Shown in pieces: positions 46,847 to 49,696 of a stretch of DNA of 49,696 nt. The notes beneath the pieces are model-generated. The model saw only the letters and a list, made by a program, of their open reading frames with translations, was not told the DNA's origin and searched no databases. The stretch is from a virus (Duplodnaviria; Caudoviricetes). Position 1 is the first letter of the stretch; every line of letters starts with the position of its first letter. The translations under genes were made by a program, and so were the position numbers. Location of the stretch: IMG/VR virus record IMGVR_UViG_3300037423_000165, positions 1 to 49,696 of that record, one strand, 5' to 3'.

Positions 46847-48870
46847 TACGTTCCAATCACTCCATGAGTCATAAGGTCATCAATAAGCTGACCAACACGA
46901 GCAGCTAGCTGCGGCAAGGTCACAGTCGTAGTGTCAAAAGTAGCCTTTGACTTGGTGTTAGTGGCGGCATTCCAACCGGTGATACGAGGTCCAATTACCT
47001 GAGTTCCATTAACCTTAAGAACTTTACCAGAGATAAGATTAATGCAGTTCTTATCGTATTCAAACGTCTGAGTAGAATTGGTGTAATATTTAATCACCAA
47101 GTCTTGGTCAGAATACATCTGAACGGTAGAACTACCGACATTAGTCATGCTATACAGGGATGTAACTGCAAAGGCATCAGCAAGCTGCAAAGGCTTGGCG
47201 TAAGTCCGGATACCATTCTGGTCGATACGATACATAGGATTGGCATTAGTTAGTCCCAGATTGAGACGGGCATCATCGCCAGTAATAGAGATACCGGTAT
47301 CGTCATGCCGAATCCGACTAATGCCTTTAACGCCGGTAAGGATTTCACCGCCGGTAAGTAACGTCGGCCAGACAGCCTGAATAGGTCCTTGTCCGACTTC
47401 GACATACCATCCATCGAGTCGAGTCGAGGCGTTGTTGTTATCGGTTCTGATGGGGCCGCCGGAGCGATAGACAGTTCCACTGACCCACGCCGGAATGTTC
47501 TGAGTAACTGTATCGGCAGCACCGGCACCGACATAATACCACCAAGTATTGTCGGCAGTTGTGCCAGAAGGGGCGTTCGTTGAAGCACCGACTTCCTGAC
47601 CAGCAACTACGGCGTAGCGATTACCCGTGCGGCTGACCATCGACGGAGTATAGGTGCCAGCGGGCATTCCACAATTCTCGGCAATACCGTGCCAATAGTT
47701 TCCAAGGAATGAACTGTCCCACAGACCCCAACGGCGAGAATTGCTGACGTCGTTGTTACGGCCAGTTCCGGCGTTACCGTCCGAACCATCTACAAAGATA
47801 CCGTCACGGCAATTATACATGACGTTATCATGGACGTTGAAGGAATTGGCATTGCCACCATCACCGGCACCTGCCGAGATATGGATACCATTGCCTTCGT
47901 AATTCATGATGAAACAGTTGCGAACTGTTATTCCGTGAGAACGGATATGAATTCCGTGGGCTTCGGCTTCAATCGTATTGTTGAAGGCACCAGTAAATCG
48001 GAGGTTCTCAACAATACTGAAGTCAGAGGTAATCCCTGAACCACCAGATGTCGAACTAGCACCGGAAGTATCTGCCCGCTGAAAGCGAAACGCAGTCTGT
48101 CCGGTAGTCGTATTAATCGTGGTTCCTGCGAAGAAACTCGGAGTTCCCGTGCCAGATACGCGAATGGTTCCGGCGTTGAAATCCAAGGTATTGAAGTTAT
48201 AAGTCTGGGCATCCGGGAAGTGGACATGCCCTAGGTTACGGAAACCTGAAGCAGTGCTGACCCTTGAGGTCAGACACGTAATCATGTTACTCCAAGCAGA
48301 GTTATTAACGGCTGCGCTATTTGAAGGAAGAACGCCGAACCACTGAGGATTGATGATGTCGTTAATTACACGAACCCATGCACCCGATGCACCTGACGAT
48401 GCCGAGGCGGGAGCGACATAAATTCCCTTAGCGGAGTCAGCGGAGACATTAGCCGACAAATTGCCAGAGGTAAATTTAAACATACCCTCTGCACCGGTGG
48501 CAGTCAGATACACCAAATCCCCTACAGTAGCCGTTAGGGCAGCCATGGCAGTCGTAGTAGCCACCGTAGCAGGAGCATAATCTATGATGCTGCTAGTAGT
48601 GACAGGAGAGTCGTAAGGGTCGAAGTCTTGAGTAGAACCAGATAGGCTGGTAATAAAAAGTCGGATAGCTCCGGTGTAGTTAGTATAAAGAGTAGGCACT
48701 ACTCCGCCTAGACCGACGACATATGGATTAGTCGTAGGAATAGTGAAGTCTGCATCAAGATACAGGTTAACCTTAGTGGTTGTTCCCGTTTGATAAACAA
48801 AGATGCTAGCCCCATCAGCGATACCATTAGTATCGATTACGCGATTGGAGATATAAGTAATACGAGCCAT
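46846..48870 (-). CDS. Tailspike with beta-helix (pectate lyase-like) domain
   Basis: N-terminal head-binding-like domain, GAWVR..NPQWFG, repeated GIHI / N-x-x-x-x-N strands. Confidence 0.8.
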   Translation of the reverse strand: MARITYISNRVIDTNGIADGASIFVYQTGTTTKVNLYLDADFTIPTTNPYVVGLGGVVPTLYTNYTGAIRLFITSLSGSTQDFDPYDSPVTTSSIIDYAPATVATTTAMAALTATVGDLVYLTATGAEGMFKFTSGNLSANVSADSAKGIYVAPASASSGASGAWVRVINDIINPQWFGVLPSNSAAVNNSAWSNMITCLTSRVSTASGFRNLGHVHFPDAQTYNFNTLDFNAGTIRVSGTGTPSFFAGTTINTTTGQTAFRFQRADTSGASSTSGGSGITSDFSIVENLRFTGAFNNTIEAEAHGIHIRSHGITVRNCFIMNYEGNGIHISAGAGDGGNANSFNVHDNVMYNCRDGIFVDGSDGNAGTGRNNDVSNSRRWGLWDSSFLGNYWHGIAENCGMPAGTYTPSMVSRTGNRYAVVAGQEVGASTNAPSGTTADNTWWYYVGAGAADTVTQNIPAWVSGTVYRSGGPIRTDNNNASTRLDGWYVEVGQGPIQAVWPTLLTGGEILTGVKGISRIRHDDTGISITGDDARLNLGLTNANPMYRIDQNGIRTYAKPLQLADAFAVTSLYSMTNVGSSTVQMYSDQDLVIKYYTNSTQTFEYDKNCINLISGKVLKVNGTQVIGPRITGWNAATNTKSKATFDTTTVTLPQLAARVGQLIDDLMTHGVIGT

Positions 48871-48885
48871 TCTGTATCCTGATTA

Positions 48886-48903
48886 TTGACACTTGAGTGC
48901 CAG
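48886..48903. promoter_or_regulatory. 18-bp palindromic box, copy 7
   Basis: TTGACACTTGAGTGCCAG (two mismatches) between the coat terminator and the tailspike start. Confidence 0.7.
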
Positions 48904-48951
48904 AAAGAAGAAAAGGGAGGGACTGCCTGGAAGCGATGACAGTCCCTCCCT
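48904..48951 (-). terminator. Rho-independent terminator after the coat gene
   Basis: 12-bp stem AGGGAGGGACTG / CAGTCCCTCCCT with a T-rich tail on the minus strand. Confidence 0.88.
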
Positions 48952-48960
48952 CCTTAGTCG

Positions 48961-49685
48961 TTAGGCACCCGTCAGACGGACACCCATACGACGTTCGCGG
49001 ACATTCGCCGTAAGAGCGACGTCGAAACGAACCTGATGCTTGCCGGTGGCAAACGTCGAGTCCTGCCACATACGGATGGACAGGGGAACCTTAGAAAGCT
49101 GCTTACGCTGAGCCGTGCCAGTCGCCGGAAGGATAAGATCAGCCGTGTTGACTTGGATCATATTCTTCTTAGCGAGAAGACGCGGGGTATACGCAGTTCC
49201 GGCAGTTCCACGCCACGTCACGACAGCACCGTTAGCCGGAATGGCCGAGACGGTGGCATGAGCACGGTTCACGGCATTGGCACCAGTGACAGACGTGCCG
49301 TCATCGATGATAATGGCCGGGAAGATGCGGCAGCTAGCGAGAGCGCCAGCACCGTCAGCGGTGTAGTTGCCGACAACGCGGAACTGCTGAAGATGCGGAA
49401 GCGCCTGATGCTTACGGTTGTCATACGCAAAGACGTTCGCAATCGTAAAGATTTCGCCGTCCTTGACCGTGGCAGCAGCACCCAGACCAGCGAGGTTAAT
49501 CGTCTGGGTCAAATACTGACCGTTGGCAGCCGAGACTGCAACAGCCGAGTAGTTGACATTCTGGTTGGCACCATTGACGGTGCCGTTGGTGCGAGTTCCC
49601 GGCGTAATCGTCGAGAGCTGCTGAGTGAACATCGTCGGGATACCCGAGACGGTGCCCGTGAAGCCGTTACGATACGTGCCGGTCA
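48961..49685 (-). CDS. Major capsid protein, C-terminal part
   Basis: In frame with 706..1 across the overlap; G-x-x-FTIA-x-V, QFRV, IFPAII and RFD motifs of P22-type coats. Confidence 0.88.
49560..49685. repeat. Terminal direct repeat, copy 2 (assembly overlap)
   Basis: Identical to 1-126. Confidence 0.93.
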
Positions 49686-49696
49686 TGACCGGCACG

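Noticed and set aside
49675-49696. Perfect 22-nt palindrome at the contig end (possible hairpin telomere) and the MPVM start of ORF 48961..49695
   Set aside because: The last 11 nt are the reverse complement of the preceding 11 and disagree with the copy at 127 onward. This fits a fold-back read artefact inside the coat gene, and no protelomerase is encoded.

Overview
Apparently complete genome (about 49,559 bp, circularly permuted) of a lytic podovirus-type dsDNA phage. Positions 1-126 repeat at 49560-49685, and the junction splits the major capsid gene. The minus-strand arm holds a P22-like head and tail module (terS, terL, portal, scaffold, coat, tailspike, gp4- and gp10-like tail proteins, ejection proteins) and a holin/GH24 lysozyme/spanin cassette. 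The plus-strand arm holds early hypothetical genes, a phiEco32/LUZ24-type amidoligase cluster and a T7-like replication set (primase-helicase, family A polymerase, SSB, nucleases, dCMP deaminase). I saw no RNA polymerase, integrase, repressor, CRISPR array or complete tRNA. An alphaproteobacterial host is a weak inference only. The most unusual signals are non-coding: (i) hairpins whose loops are complementary to extended ribosome-binding sites of the phage's own genes, (ii) a ~780-nt ORF-poor, densely base-paired region before the amidoligase operon (candidate large ncRNA), and (iii) two families of dispersed intergenic palindromes. The DNA polymerase also needs a non-canonical start or a frameshift and carries substitutions at normally invariant active-site residues. 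All calls are from manual motif reading; no searches were run.
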